Of a stretch of DNA of 60,833 bases, positions 28,586 to 36,452 are shown piece by piece. Positions within the stretch are counted from its first letter, which is position 1, and each line of letters begins with the position of its first letter. The notes under the pieces are model-generated. The model saw only the letters and a list, made by a program, of their open reading frames with translations, was not told the origin of the DNA and ran no database searches. The stretch spans positions 1 to 60,833 of the forward strand of contig MIBH01000062.1 of the NCBI GenBank assembly GCA_001829455.1, in the 5' to 3' direction. The position numbers and the translations under genes are program-made. This DNA is from Spirochaetes bacterium RBG_13_51_14 (GTDB taxonomy: Bacteria; Spirochaetota; UBA4802; UBA5550).

Positions 28586-30385
28586 ATGGATAAGGACAAG
28601 TTAGATAAAACAAAAGAAAATATTGGCGTCACCAAGCTCGACGATAAAACCAGGAAAAAACTGTTTGAAAAATTCGTCGAAAGCGGCGGCAAGATTGTTG
28701 ATGAAAAATCCATGCGGCGACGCCTGACGATCGACCGGGAAAAACAGAAACAGTACCTGAAAAGAACCGACGGCCCTCCCGATAAGAAGGTAAAAAAGGA
28801 GAAGCAGGATTCGGAGGATTACAAACCCCCGATCATGCGGAAAGCCCCGCCCCGGAGCGATGCCGGCTCCCTGACGCTCGCATTCGGCCGCATGAAGATG
28901 CGGCTGAGGCTGAAATTTCTCGGCGTTACCGGTTTGAACGGGTATTTCTTCAGCAACCGTTTTTTCAGAAAGTTCAATAATACCTACAAGCCGGCATTGA
29001 TGGAAATACAGATTCTCTACCTGGAAATATTCAGAAAAAATCCTTCAGTGGGCAGAACGATAACCGCCAAGCTTGATGCAATGAAGCCTCTCTATTACGA
29101 GCTTATCGAGATGGTGGGCAATATATTTGATAAAATCATGTCTGATCAGATTATCGAGCAGTACGTAAATTTTCCCGAGGTGGCGAAAAAGGTGCCGGAA
29201 TTGAAAGAGCCTGTTCTTTTCCTCCACCGCAAGCTGTACATTTTGAACCCCTTTGAAAATTCCATCCTGATGGCATTTGAGCAGGCTATCGATTTATATC
29301 TGAAAACCGAAGAGAACGTCGGCGATTCTCATTTCGCCATGACACGAAGGATGAGGAACGCGGTGTTCGTCATATTCCACAAATTTTACCCGCGTCTACA
29401 CCTGCTGTTCTGCCTGTATCAGGGAAGATACTATCAGGAGTACGACCCGGCCATTGAAGCCATTCTCGGTCTGACCGATATAGAGAAGCCGGGCACCCGG
29501 CAGCTGATACAGTATTTTCATGAAGTGGCGGCGTCGGTGTCCCCGGCCGAGCGGGAAAGCACGGAAGAAACCGAAGTCCATAACGAAACGGAAGAAACCC
29601 GCGCGAGGGCGATTCGTTTGGGCCTTGAGATCATGTCAAAACTGGACATGGTGAAGCTTCGCAAGGAATACGACAAAGCCCGGCTGTTCGAAAATGTCAG
29701 CGATGCGGACAAGGTTTTCATCACCTATCTGCTTTTCAATGAATTTGACCGGGAATACTCCTTCATACTCACCACGAATAAAATAAAATTCAGGACCGAT
29801 TTTATCGCCCGCACCAAAATAGACTTCAGGGCGAAGCTCAATGATCTGTACGATAAAATGAGAAAGAGCTCCGACAGTCTCCGAGAATACGCCGATGAGC
29901 TGGTGAATTACGAGAAAGCAAGGCGGGAGAAGCCGTCCGGAAGTTCGCAGTATATTGAATACACCAAGCGGCTGGAGGCTCTGGAAAAGAAAAAGAATGC
30001 AACCGGGAAAAATGCTCTGGCAATAGTAAGGGAGTACATGTATGAGATAGCCCTAGAACTGCAGGTTCTCCTTGAGGACATGGACAGTCAGCAGCTCTAC
30101 ATTGAAAACCCGCAGGAGGTACTCGTCTTTGACCCCCTTATCGAAGGGGAGAAAAAGATAAACGGGAGAAAAATTTACGAAGCGCTGTATACCGTGTATA
30201 GCTTTGCGATGGCATTCGCCTACCGGTTGAACAGCAGCGGCGACCTTTCCGGAGAACTTGAGTTCAGGAGAGATGAAATGGACCATATGCATAAGCAGAT
30301 GCAGGAACGAGCAGCTGCGTCGCAGGAGGGATCGGACGATAAGTCGAAGAAATCGGTGCTGGAAGAGCTGGATGACATGATCTGA
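28586..30385 (+). CDS. Hypothetical protein, 599 aa, lysine/glutamate-rich, mostly helical, no recognised motif
   Basis: Long uninterrupted ORF with its own promoter-like signal; no TM segment or catalytic signature recognised by eye. Confidence 0.6.
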   Translation: MDKDKLDKTKENIGVTKLDDKTRKKLFEKFVESGGKIVDEKSMRRRLTIDREKQKQYLKRTDGPPDKKVKKEKQDSEDYKPPIMRKAPPRSDAGSLTLAFGRMKMRLRLKFLGVTGLNGYFFSNRFFRKFNNTYKPALMEIQILYLEIFRKNPSVGRTITAKLDAMKPLYYELIEMVGNIFDKIMSDQIIEQYVNFPEVAKKVPELKEPVLFLHRKLYILNPFENSILMAFEQAIDLYLKTEENVGDSHFAMTRRMRNAVFVIFHKFYPRLHLLFCLYQGRYYQEYDPAIEAILGLTDIEKPGTRQLIQYFHEVAASVSPAERESTEETEVHNETEETRARAIRLGLEIMSKLDMVKLRKEYDKARLFENVSDADKVFITYLLFNEFDREYSFILTTNKIKFRTDFIARTKIDFRAKLNDLYDKMRKSSDSLREYADELVNYEKARREKPSGSSQYIEYTKRLEALEKKKNATGKNALAIVREYMYEIALELQVLLEDMDSQQLYIENPQEVLVFDPLIEGEKKINGRKIYEALYTVYSFAMAFAYRLNSSGDLSGELEFRRDEMDHMHKQMQERAAASQEGSDDKSKKSVLEELDDMI

Positions 30386-30414
30386 CAGGCGCTCCCCTAC
30401 TTCATATCTTCATC

Positions 30415-31239
30415 TTACTGCTGTTTGTTTAACCGCTCCGTAGCTTTGATGCTCCTTATTTCTTCACGCCGCCGTTCGAGGATCGATGCCCTGTTCCCGG
30501 AAAGACCGCTGTCACGGTACGGCACCGAATGCGCGTTGTTCCGCAGCGCATTCATATCGCCGGGAGCGAGGGGCGTGATGACCCCGGTTTTCGCTGCAAG
30601 CGTTCCCTCGCGTTTGCCTCCGACCGAAGGGCCGCTGCCCACGATGAAGCCTGCCTCAATCATTGCCATGCGGGCCTGCGGCGCGCAGGAATAGGTCGTG
30701 AGCACTCCGGTATTGCTCATCAGGCGGTATAGTTCAATAAAAAACTCAACGGACCAGAGTTCTGGATTTCGCGAGGGGGAGAACGGGTCAAAAAAAACCG
30801 CGTCAAAGGCCTGGTTGCAAAGCGTGCGCACTGATTCCCGCGCGTCGCCGTGAAGCACTGTTACGGTCACGGCATCGGTCTGCGATGTTCCATGCAGATA
30901 GGCGCTTTTTAACATGGAATAGATGCTGTCTCTCATGTCATGAAAAACAAGGGCATCCATGACCGGTGTCAGAAACCGTTCCCTTTCCAGGGCGTAGACG
31001 GCACAACGGCCCTTAAAATCATTCCTGGTTAATTCCGCGATGAGCGCAAGGGTGTTATAGCCGAGCCCGAAACCCACGTCCAGTACCGTGAGGCTTTTTT
31101 TTTTCGACAGCACTATTCCGGATGGATACACGTGTTTGAGAAGAGCTTCCTCATATGCTCCGGACAGGGAATGCATATGCTCGTCGTATTCTGACAGATA
31201 GAGCGTATATGAGCCGTCACCGGTCTCGACCATAGTCAT
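30415..31239 (-). CDS. MnmC-type SAM-dependent methyltransferase domain protein (DUF752/MnmD-like)
   Basis: VLDVGFGLGYN (SAM motif I) and DAVFFDPFSPSRNPELWSVEFF are typical of the MnmC methyltransferase domain. The start is uncertain (ATGs at 31239, 31296, 31314). Confidence 0.7.
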   Translation of the reverse strand: MTMVETGDGSYTLYLSEYDEHMHSLSGAYEEALLKHVYPSGIVLSKKKSLTVLDVGFGLGYNTLALIAELTRNDFKGRCAVYALERERFLTPVMDALVFHDMRDSIYSMLKSAYLHGTSQTDAVTVTVLHGDARESVRTLCNQAFDAVFFDPFSPSRNPELWSVEFFIELYRLMSNTGVLTTYSCAPQARMAMIEAGFIVGSGPSVGGKREGTLAAKTGVITPLAPGDMNALRNNAHSVPYRDSGLSGNRASILERRREEIRSIKATERLNKQQ

Positions 31240-31285
31240 ATCGGGAGCGATTATTTCTGCCGGTTGCCGCTCCGAAGGTTTTCCG

Positions 31286-31720
31286 CTACTCTGCATCCGA
31301 TATTCCCGCGGCATTCAGTATTCCCTTCACGTCATATTCGATAAAGGCCTCGCAGTACTCTTCGTTGCATTCCCTGAGGAGTATTGTTCCGGTTTTGATA
31401 TATTCCTGAATCGATTCGTAACAGGCGACGCACCGACTGATATCATTCACGTGAGCCTGTATATATGAAGTCATGATGACGACGGCCCTGTTTCTGCCGG
31501 CTTCAAGCAACTGCTCGGTTTCTCTCTTCTGAAACGTTTTCATTTCCGCGTCATAGGGAATATCGAGTCTGGCGTAAACGCGAAGGGTATTATTCCGGAT
31601 TCCTTCCCATCCCCCCTGTTCGATGATCGACCGGGTGCATGACAGACCATGTATGCCGATAATAATTGTGAGTAGAATGAAATTCACTCCAGCGAAGTTG
31701 ATAGTAGATGGTTTTTTCAT
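31286..31720 (-). CDS. Hypothetical lipoprotein
   Basis: Signal/lipobox ILLTIIIGIHGLSC; 144 aa. Confidence 0.5.
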   Translation of the reverse strand: MKKPSTINFAGVNFILLTIIIGIHGLSCTRSIIEQGGWEGIRNNTLRVYARLDIPYDAEMKTFQKRETEQLLEAGRNRAVVIMTSYIQAHVNDISRCVACYESIQEYIKTGTILLRECNEEYCEAFIEYDVKGILNAAGISDAE

Positions 31721-32017
31721 TGAAGAATCAACAGAAATTTATTTAAAATCAGGACCACTCCTGCGCACATCGGGCTGTCGAATGTTAGATTGATGATATT
31801 ACAATGAAGAAAAATGTGCAACCTTTATAGTAATTATTTGTCTTTTTCCTAATGTTTTTCGCTTTAAATGTATCGTTTATCAGTTTGTTGTTTTTCAGCA
31901 AACTGATAATTCATATCATATAATAGAACAAAACCGCTTTTTTTCACTTGATTTATTAGCATGTTGCGTCTTCATACGATGCAGTAAAAAACTGCATACA
32001 TAACCAAGAAGATATAT

Positions 32018-33433
32018 ATGGGAACAGTAATATTTATCGAGCCCAAACCGTCGGGCGAACATATATTCAGCCGTTTTGCACTTCCCAGAATCGGTATATT
32101 TTTACTTGCGACGATGATGAAAAGACGCGGCTGGCACACGGAAGTTATTATTGAAGAGTTCCAGAAGATAGATTATAAGGTGCTCTCAGATGCTGACATC
32201 ATCGGAATTTCAACCATAACCCCGACCGCCGTTAACGCGTATACCATTGCCGATACGGTCAGGAGCATGGGCATACCGGTCATTATGGGCGGGCCCCACG
32301 TCACCTATCTGCCGGATGAGGCGCTCGTTCATGCCGATTACGTTATCCGCGGCGAAGGAGAAACGCCTCTCATGCGTTTTATCGATGCATGGGAACATCA
32401 ATCCGATTATTACGCCGTGCCTAATCTTTCATTCCGCGATGGCGGAAGGATAATCCACAATCCAATGATGAATTTAGATATGAATCTGGACCAGTTTCCA
32501 CTGTGTGATTTCTCACTGATCCAGGGCGGCGGGGAACTCAGGGTGATTCCCATCCAAACATCGCGGGGATGCCCCCAGGACTGCTCTTTCTGTTCGGTTA
32601 CGGGAATGTTCGGGAGAAAGTACCGGTATCGATCCACACAGCATATCCTTGATGAGCTTCGATACTACAAGGATTCCGGGAAAATGATATTCTTTTACGA
32701 CGATCATTTTGCTGCTGATAGAAAACGCGCCAAAGAGCTCCTCCGGGCCATGCTCCATGAGGGCCTTCACTTCAAGTGGTCGACCCAGGCTAGGGCCGAC
32801 ATCGTGTATGACCTTGAGCTTATAGAGCTCATGAAACAGAGCGGTTGCCACACCCTGTTTATCGGCTTTGAATCATTCAATCCCAAAAGCCTCAAGGAGA
32901 TGAATAAGAAGCAGACCGTCGATGATATCTTCAATGCGGCCCGGATTATTCAATCATTTAATATAAACATTCACGGGATGTTCGTTCACGGGTTTGATCA
33001 TGACACGTGGGAATCGGTTAAACATACCGTGCGCCTCGCGAAAAAAATGGGGATCACCTCGGCGCAGTTTCTCGTGCTGACTCCCTTTCCGGGCTCAACG
33101 TTCTCCGATAGTATCGCCGACCGTATTGTATTTAAAGAATGGTCGATGTACGATGCGCACCACGTAGTGTATCAGCCCCTTCATTTCACGCTCCGCGGAT
33201 TGCAGCGGGCGCAGACATACAGCCATGAGAATTTTTATTCCGCCGTTGAAATAGTGAAAAAATTGTTCCGGCGGAAATGGCTTGACTGCGGAATCGCCCT
33301 GTACGCGCGCTTCATCAACTGGAAGTGGAAGAAGAACAATAGACGGTATCTCAGGCTGATATCCGATATATCCCGCGAGCAGGCACCGATGCCCACCGAG
33401 ATACATGCCGTTGAAGACAGCATAACCGCCTGA
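32018..33433 (+). CDS. B12-binding-domain radical SAM protein
   Basis: An N-terminal Rossmann-like B12-binding region followed by QTSRGCPQDCSFCSV (CxxxCxxC cluster motif). Confidence 0.85.
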   Translation: MGTVIFIEPKPSGEHIFSRFALPRIGIFLLATMMKRRGWHTEVIIEEFQKIDYKVLSDADIIGISTITPTAVNAYTIADTVRSMGIPVIMGGPHVTYLPDEALVHADYVIRGEGETPLMRFIDAWEHQSDYYAVPNLSFRDGGRIIHNPMMNLDMNLDQFPLCDFSLIQGGGELRVIPIQTSRGCPQDCSFCSVTGMFGRKYRYRSTQHILDELRYYKDSGKMIFFYDDHFAADRKRAKELLRAMLHEGLHFKWSTQARADIVYDLELIELMKQSGCHTLFIGFESFNPKSLKEMNKKQTVDDIFNAARIIQSFNINIHGMFVHGFDHDTWESVKHTVRLAKKMGITSAQFLVLTPFPGSTFSDSIADRIVFKEWSMYDAHHVVYQPLHFTLRGLQRAQTYSHENFYSAVEIVKKLFRRKWLDCGIALYARFINWKWKKNNRRYLRLISDISREQAPMPTEIHAVEDSITA

Positions 33434-33559
33434 ACCCGACAGGGGAAATTATTGCGCCCATATCCGGCGAAAAAGATCTTGCCGATTCAGCGCCCGTCAT
33501 ATATGATTCTTTCGACAGCGTCACGACTTCGATATGGTGGCGTATCAGGGGTTTCCGGT

Positions 33560-33835
33560 ATGGCGAAGAAATTGATTCTCCGCGGAGTGGTTCATGGCGT
33601 ATTCTGCAGGGCGTACTGCAGCCAGTATGCGCGAAAGCTCAGGATACGGGGATCGGCTTCCAATATATCAGATGGGTCCGTCAGGGTTCTCCTGAATACC
33701 GACGACAGGGAACTGGTGGATCGCTTCGTATCTGAAATAAAGAATAATCCAGACGGGTACACCTTCTACGGTAGAATTGAGACAATTGACGTTTATGACT
33801 ATGCGGGGATCATCTCGGGCGATTACCAGTTTTAA
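33560..33835 (+). CDS. Acylphosphatase-like protein
   Basis: 91 aa from ATG 33560. LILRGVVHGVFCRAY...IRGSASNISDGSVRVLL matches the acylphosphatase V-x-G-x-V-x-G-V-x-x-R and N-x-x-D-G-S-V pattern with substitutions. Confidence 0.65.
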   Translation: MAKKLILRGVVHGVFCRAYCSQYARKLRIRGSASNISDGSVRVLLNTDDRELVDRFVSEIKNNPDGYTFYGRIETIDVYDYAGIISGDYQF

Positions 33836-33862
33836 TTTAGGGGCATGGTCAGGCACTATTGA

Positions 33863-34046
33863 TCCGGGGCTGTCTATAAAGTTCCCCCCAACCACACTTC
33901 GGTCCCGACTCCGTCGGGATGCAGCGCCCAGAGGGGGGCTTTTCAAGCCAAATGAGGGTGAAAATGTCCCCCTCTGGGCTTCGGCCGTGAGCTCAGCCGA
34001 ACGGGGATATAGGGGGCTTATAGGACAGCCCCATGTTCATCAGATG
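33863..34046. repeat. Intergenic inverted-repeat/hairpin element, long copy (with two nested hairpin insertions)
   Basis: Three collinear blocks match 59711-59838 (31 nt with 2 mismatches; 46 nt with 7 mismatches; ~43 nt with 2 mismatches + 1 indel, hand-aligned). Termini are GGGGCTGTC...GACAGCCCC. Confidence 0.8.
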
Positions 34047-34054
34047 CATTTTTT

Positions 34055-35443
34055 TTACCATTTCCCGGTTTTCGCGAGGGAAGGCCTCGGCAGGCCCTTG
34101 AGTTCCGCGAGGGCCGCGTCGATTTCATCCTGGTGCAGTTCGTGGTCCACCAGTTTTCCCTGGACAAACAGGTCATAGCCGTAGAGGTCCATGAGCCCGT
34201 GGCCGCTCAGGTTAAAGAGGATAACCTTTTCCTTGCCCTCTTCCTTCGCCTCCTTTGCCTTTCTGATGACGGCTGCGACGGCATGGCTCGTTTCAGGAGC
34301 GACGATGATCCCTTCGGTGCGCGCAAAGAGCATGGCTGCAGAAAAGCACTCGTTCTGGGGGATCGCCATGGGCTTGAAAAGGCCCTCGACAACGCCTTGT
34401 GACACCAGCGGCGCCATACCGTGGTACCGCAGGCCGCCGGCGTGAATCGCGGCAGGCACGAAGCTGTGGCCCAGCGAATACATCGGAAGGAGCGGCGTCA
34501 TTTTCGCGATATCGCCGTGGTCGTAAATAAAGGGGCCCTTGGTGAGAGTGGGGCACGACGTTGGCTCAACCGGGATGATCTCGATCTTCGCTCCGTGAAT
34601 CTTATCATTGGTGAAGGGGAACGAAAGGCCGGCGAAGTTGCTCCCCCCGCCTGCGCAACCGATGACAATGTCGACTTTTTTCTCGCCGAACAGTTTGAGC
34701 TGCTTTTTAGCCTCCAGGCCGATGACGGTCTGATGGAGCAGGACATGATTCAGCACGCTGCCGAGGGCATACCGCGTCTGGCCGGTCGTATCGGTCACCG
34801 CCGCCTCGACCGCCTCGCTGATTGCGATTCCCAGGCTGCCCGGTGTGTCAGGATTTTTCGCCAGAACGTCCCGGCCCGCCTTAGTCTCCGGGCTCGGGCT
34901 CGGGATGCAGGTTGCTCCCCAGGTCTGCATCATGACCTTGCGAAGAGGCTTCTGCTCGAAGCTGATGCGCACCATGAAGACCTTGCACTCCAGGCCTATG
35001 AGCGCGCAGGCGAAAGCCAGGGCGCTGCCCCACTGGCCGGCGCCGGTTTCTGTTGCCAGCTTCTTTATGCCGAACTGCTTGTTGTACCATGCCTGCGCAA
35101 CCGCGGTGTTCGGTTTGTGACTGCCGGCCGGGGAAACGCTCTCGTTCTTGTAATAGATGCGGGCAGGAGTGTCCAGCGCCTTTTCGAGGAAGCGCGCCCG
35201 GTGCAGGGGGGTCGGCCGCCACCGTAACAGAAGGTCGAGAATACCCTCCGGTATGGTGATCCACCGATTCTGGCTCACTTCCTGTTCGATCAGGTTCATG
35301 GGGAACACCGGAGCGAGCATATCGGGTGAAACCGGTTTGCCGTCCGGCCCCAGCGGTGGCTGAAGCGGAGTCGGCAGGTCAGCGGCGAGGTTATACCACT
35401 GCTTCGGAATTTCGCTTTCTTTCAAAAATACTTTTGTCTGCAT
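34055..35443 (-). CDS. trpB: Tryptophan synthase beta chain-like PLP enzyme, long TrpB2 type
   Basis: 462 aa with N-terminal extension [24 protein letters not shown] and PLP-lysine region [11 protein letters not shown]. No trpA is adjacent. Confidence 0.85.
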   Translation of the reverse strand: MQTKVFLKESEIPKQWYNLAADLPTPLQPPLGPDGKPVSPDMLAPVFPMNLIEQEVSQNRWITIPEGILDLLLRWRPTPLHRARFLEKALDTPARIYYKNESVSPAGSHKPNTAVAQAWYNKQFGIKKLATETGAGQWGSALAFACALIGLECKVFMVRISFEQKPLRKVMMQTWGATCIPSPSPETKAGRDVLAKNPDTPGSLGIAISEAVEAAVTDTTGQTRYALGSVLNHVLLHQTVIGLEAKKQLKLFGEKKVDIVIGCAGGGSNFAGLSFPFTNDKIHGAKIEIIPVEPTSCPTLTKGPFIYDHGDIAKMTPLLPMYSLGHSFVPAAIHAGGLRYHGMAPLVSQGVVEGLFKPMAIPQNECFSAAMLFARTEGIIVAPETSHAVAAVIRKAKEAKEEGKEKVILFNLSGHGLMDLYGYDLFVQGKLVDHELHQDEIDAALAELKGLPRPSLAKTGKW

Positions 35444-35476
35444 ACCAATCTCCTTCGTATAGTTGTGCCTGCTTTT

Positions 35477-35767
35477 TCATGCAAGCCTGTTTTTCATAAT
35501 TTCCTTGTGCTTTTCTATCATTGATTTAAAAGGCGAATGGGATTTTTTCAACTCGCGAGACCCGCGGGTTATTTTGCACAGGCTCAAGCCCAGCTTATCC
35601 GCTATCTTTCTCTGGCTCATGCCGTCATGCAGCAGTTTGACCAGTTCCCACCGGGATGAAATTTCATCGACTTCGTATTTCGTGAGAATACTCTTAAAAA
35701 AGTCCTCGATCATCTCGGCGTTCCCGGTTGCCGCGAGAACGCCCGCTATTTCTTTCAGCTTATTCAT
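35477..35767 (-). CDS. TrpR-like YerC/YecD family DNA-binding protein
   Basis: MNKLKEIAGVL...DFFKSILTKYEVDEISSRWELVKLLHDGMSQRKIADKLGLSLCKITRGSRELKK; ORF-track start 35812 is TTG. Confidence 0.8.
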   Translation of the reverse strand: MNKLKEIAGVLAATGNAEMIEDFFKSILTKYEVDEISSRWELVKLLHDGMSQRKIADKLGLSLCKITRGSRELKKSHSPFKSMIEKHKEIMKNRLA

Positions 35768-35775
35768 GGGCGAGG

Positions 35776-35808
35776 TTTCTATTGATAGAAACGATTCTAT
35801 ATATAGAA
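35776..35808. promoter_or_regulatory. Two adjacent perfect palindromes sharing the half-site TTCTAT (candidate operator pair)
   Basis: TTTCTAT-TG-ATAGAAA (35776-35791) and TTCTATA-TATAGAA (35795-35808), 9-41 nt upstream of the yerC-like ATG. Confidence 0.5.
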
Positions 35809-35855
35809 ACAATTCCGCTACGGGGCGGGCCGTGTCAAGATTTTTTTGGTGGATG

Positions 35856-36452
35856 TTAAAAATTAATGATCACGGGTTTCGGATGCTTCATTCTGACAGC
35901 GGTGACGCGCCGGTATTGGCGGTAGAGTGCATGCGAATCAATTTCCAGAAAATATTTTAAGGGGGTCGCTTCAATATATCGGATGAAATTTTTCAACTCC
36001 GAAGCGTACAGAGTATCAAAATGTTTTTTCGAATGTCCGTGCGCGGTTTTAACCGCGCCCATTCTCCTGATGTCGCCGTTAAAACAGGGGCTAATGTGAT
36101 AAAGTTCATGGAACATGACTCTTAATTTTTCCTCCAGCGGCAGGTCGAAAAAGCGGGGCATGTAGAAGTAAATGATATAGAGGCAGGATGCGCCGTTATG
36201 GGAAATTTCCGGAATCGTGTAGTACCGGCCGCGGTATCTGAGCAACGATGATCCGTTCTCGAACCGGAGGGGGATCAGTTTGCCGTACATCCCGCCCCGC
36301 CGGCCGCCCCGGTTTGAGCCGATGCAGACGAGGACCCGGCTCACGTCGACATGGCTGAGCGCGGGGGAGCGCTGAACGATCTCTGAAATTATGGAGGAGA
36401 GGATCTGAGAAAGATTGATTTCACCGTCCCGCTGCGCCGATCTTTTCCGCAT
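35856..36452 (-). CDS. Putative zinc metallopeptidase (HExxH; COG4900-like)
   Basis: MFHELYHISPCFNGDIRRM...HGHS motif block; overlaps the recN 3' end by 32 nt. Confidence 0.6.
   Translation of the reverse strand: MRKRSAQRDGEINLSQILSSIISEIVQRSPALSHVDVSRVLVCIGSNRGGRRGGMYGKLIPLRFENGSSLLRYRGRYYTIPEISHNGASCLYIIYFYMPRFFDLPLEEKLRVMFHELYHISPCFNGDIRRMGAVKTAHGHSKKHFDTLYASELKNFIRYIEATPLKYFLEIDSHALYRQYRRVTAVRMKHPKPVIINF

Noticed and set aside
31852-31923. 23-codon hydrophobic uORF upstream of the radical SAM gene as a RiPP precursor peptide
   Set aside because: No leader/core architecture, Cys/Ser/Thr-rich core, protease or transporter genes are nearby. It overlaps a hairpin and is more likely leader structure.
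33863-34046. Reading the GGGGCTGTC...GACAGCCCC elements as tRNA- or tmRNA-like genes
   Set aside because: There is no T-loop (GGTTCGAATCC-like) sequence, no D-arm and no CCA or discriminator context. The terminal stem is 9 bp, not 7.
34421-35227. 268-aa ORF antisense to trpB2, plus several shorter ones (34133-34556, 34845-35363)
   Set aside because: trpB2 on the minus strand is full-length and motif-complete. The antisense products are Arg/Ala/Gly-rich with no recognisable fold.
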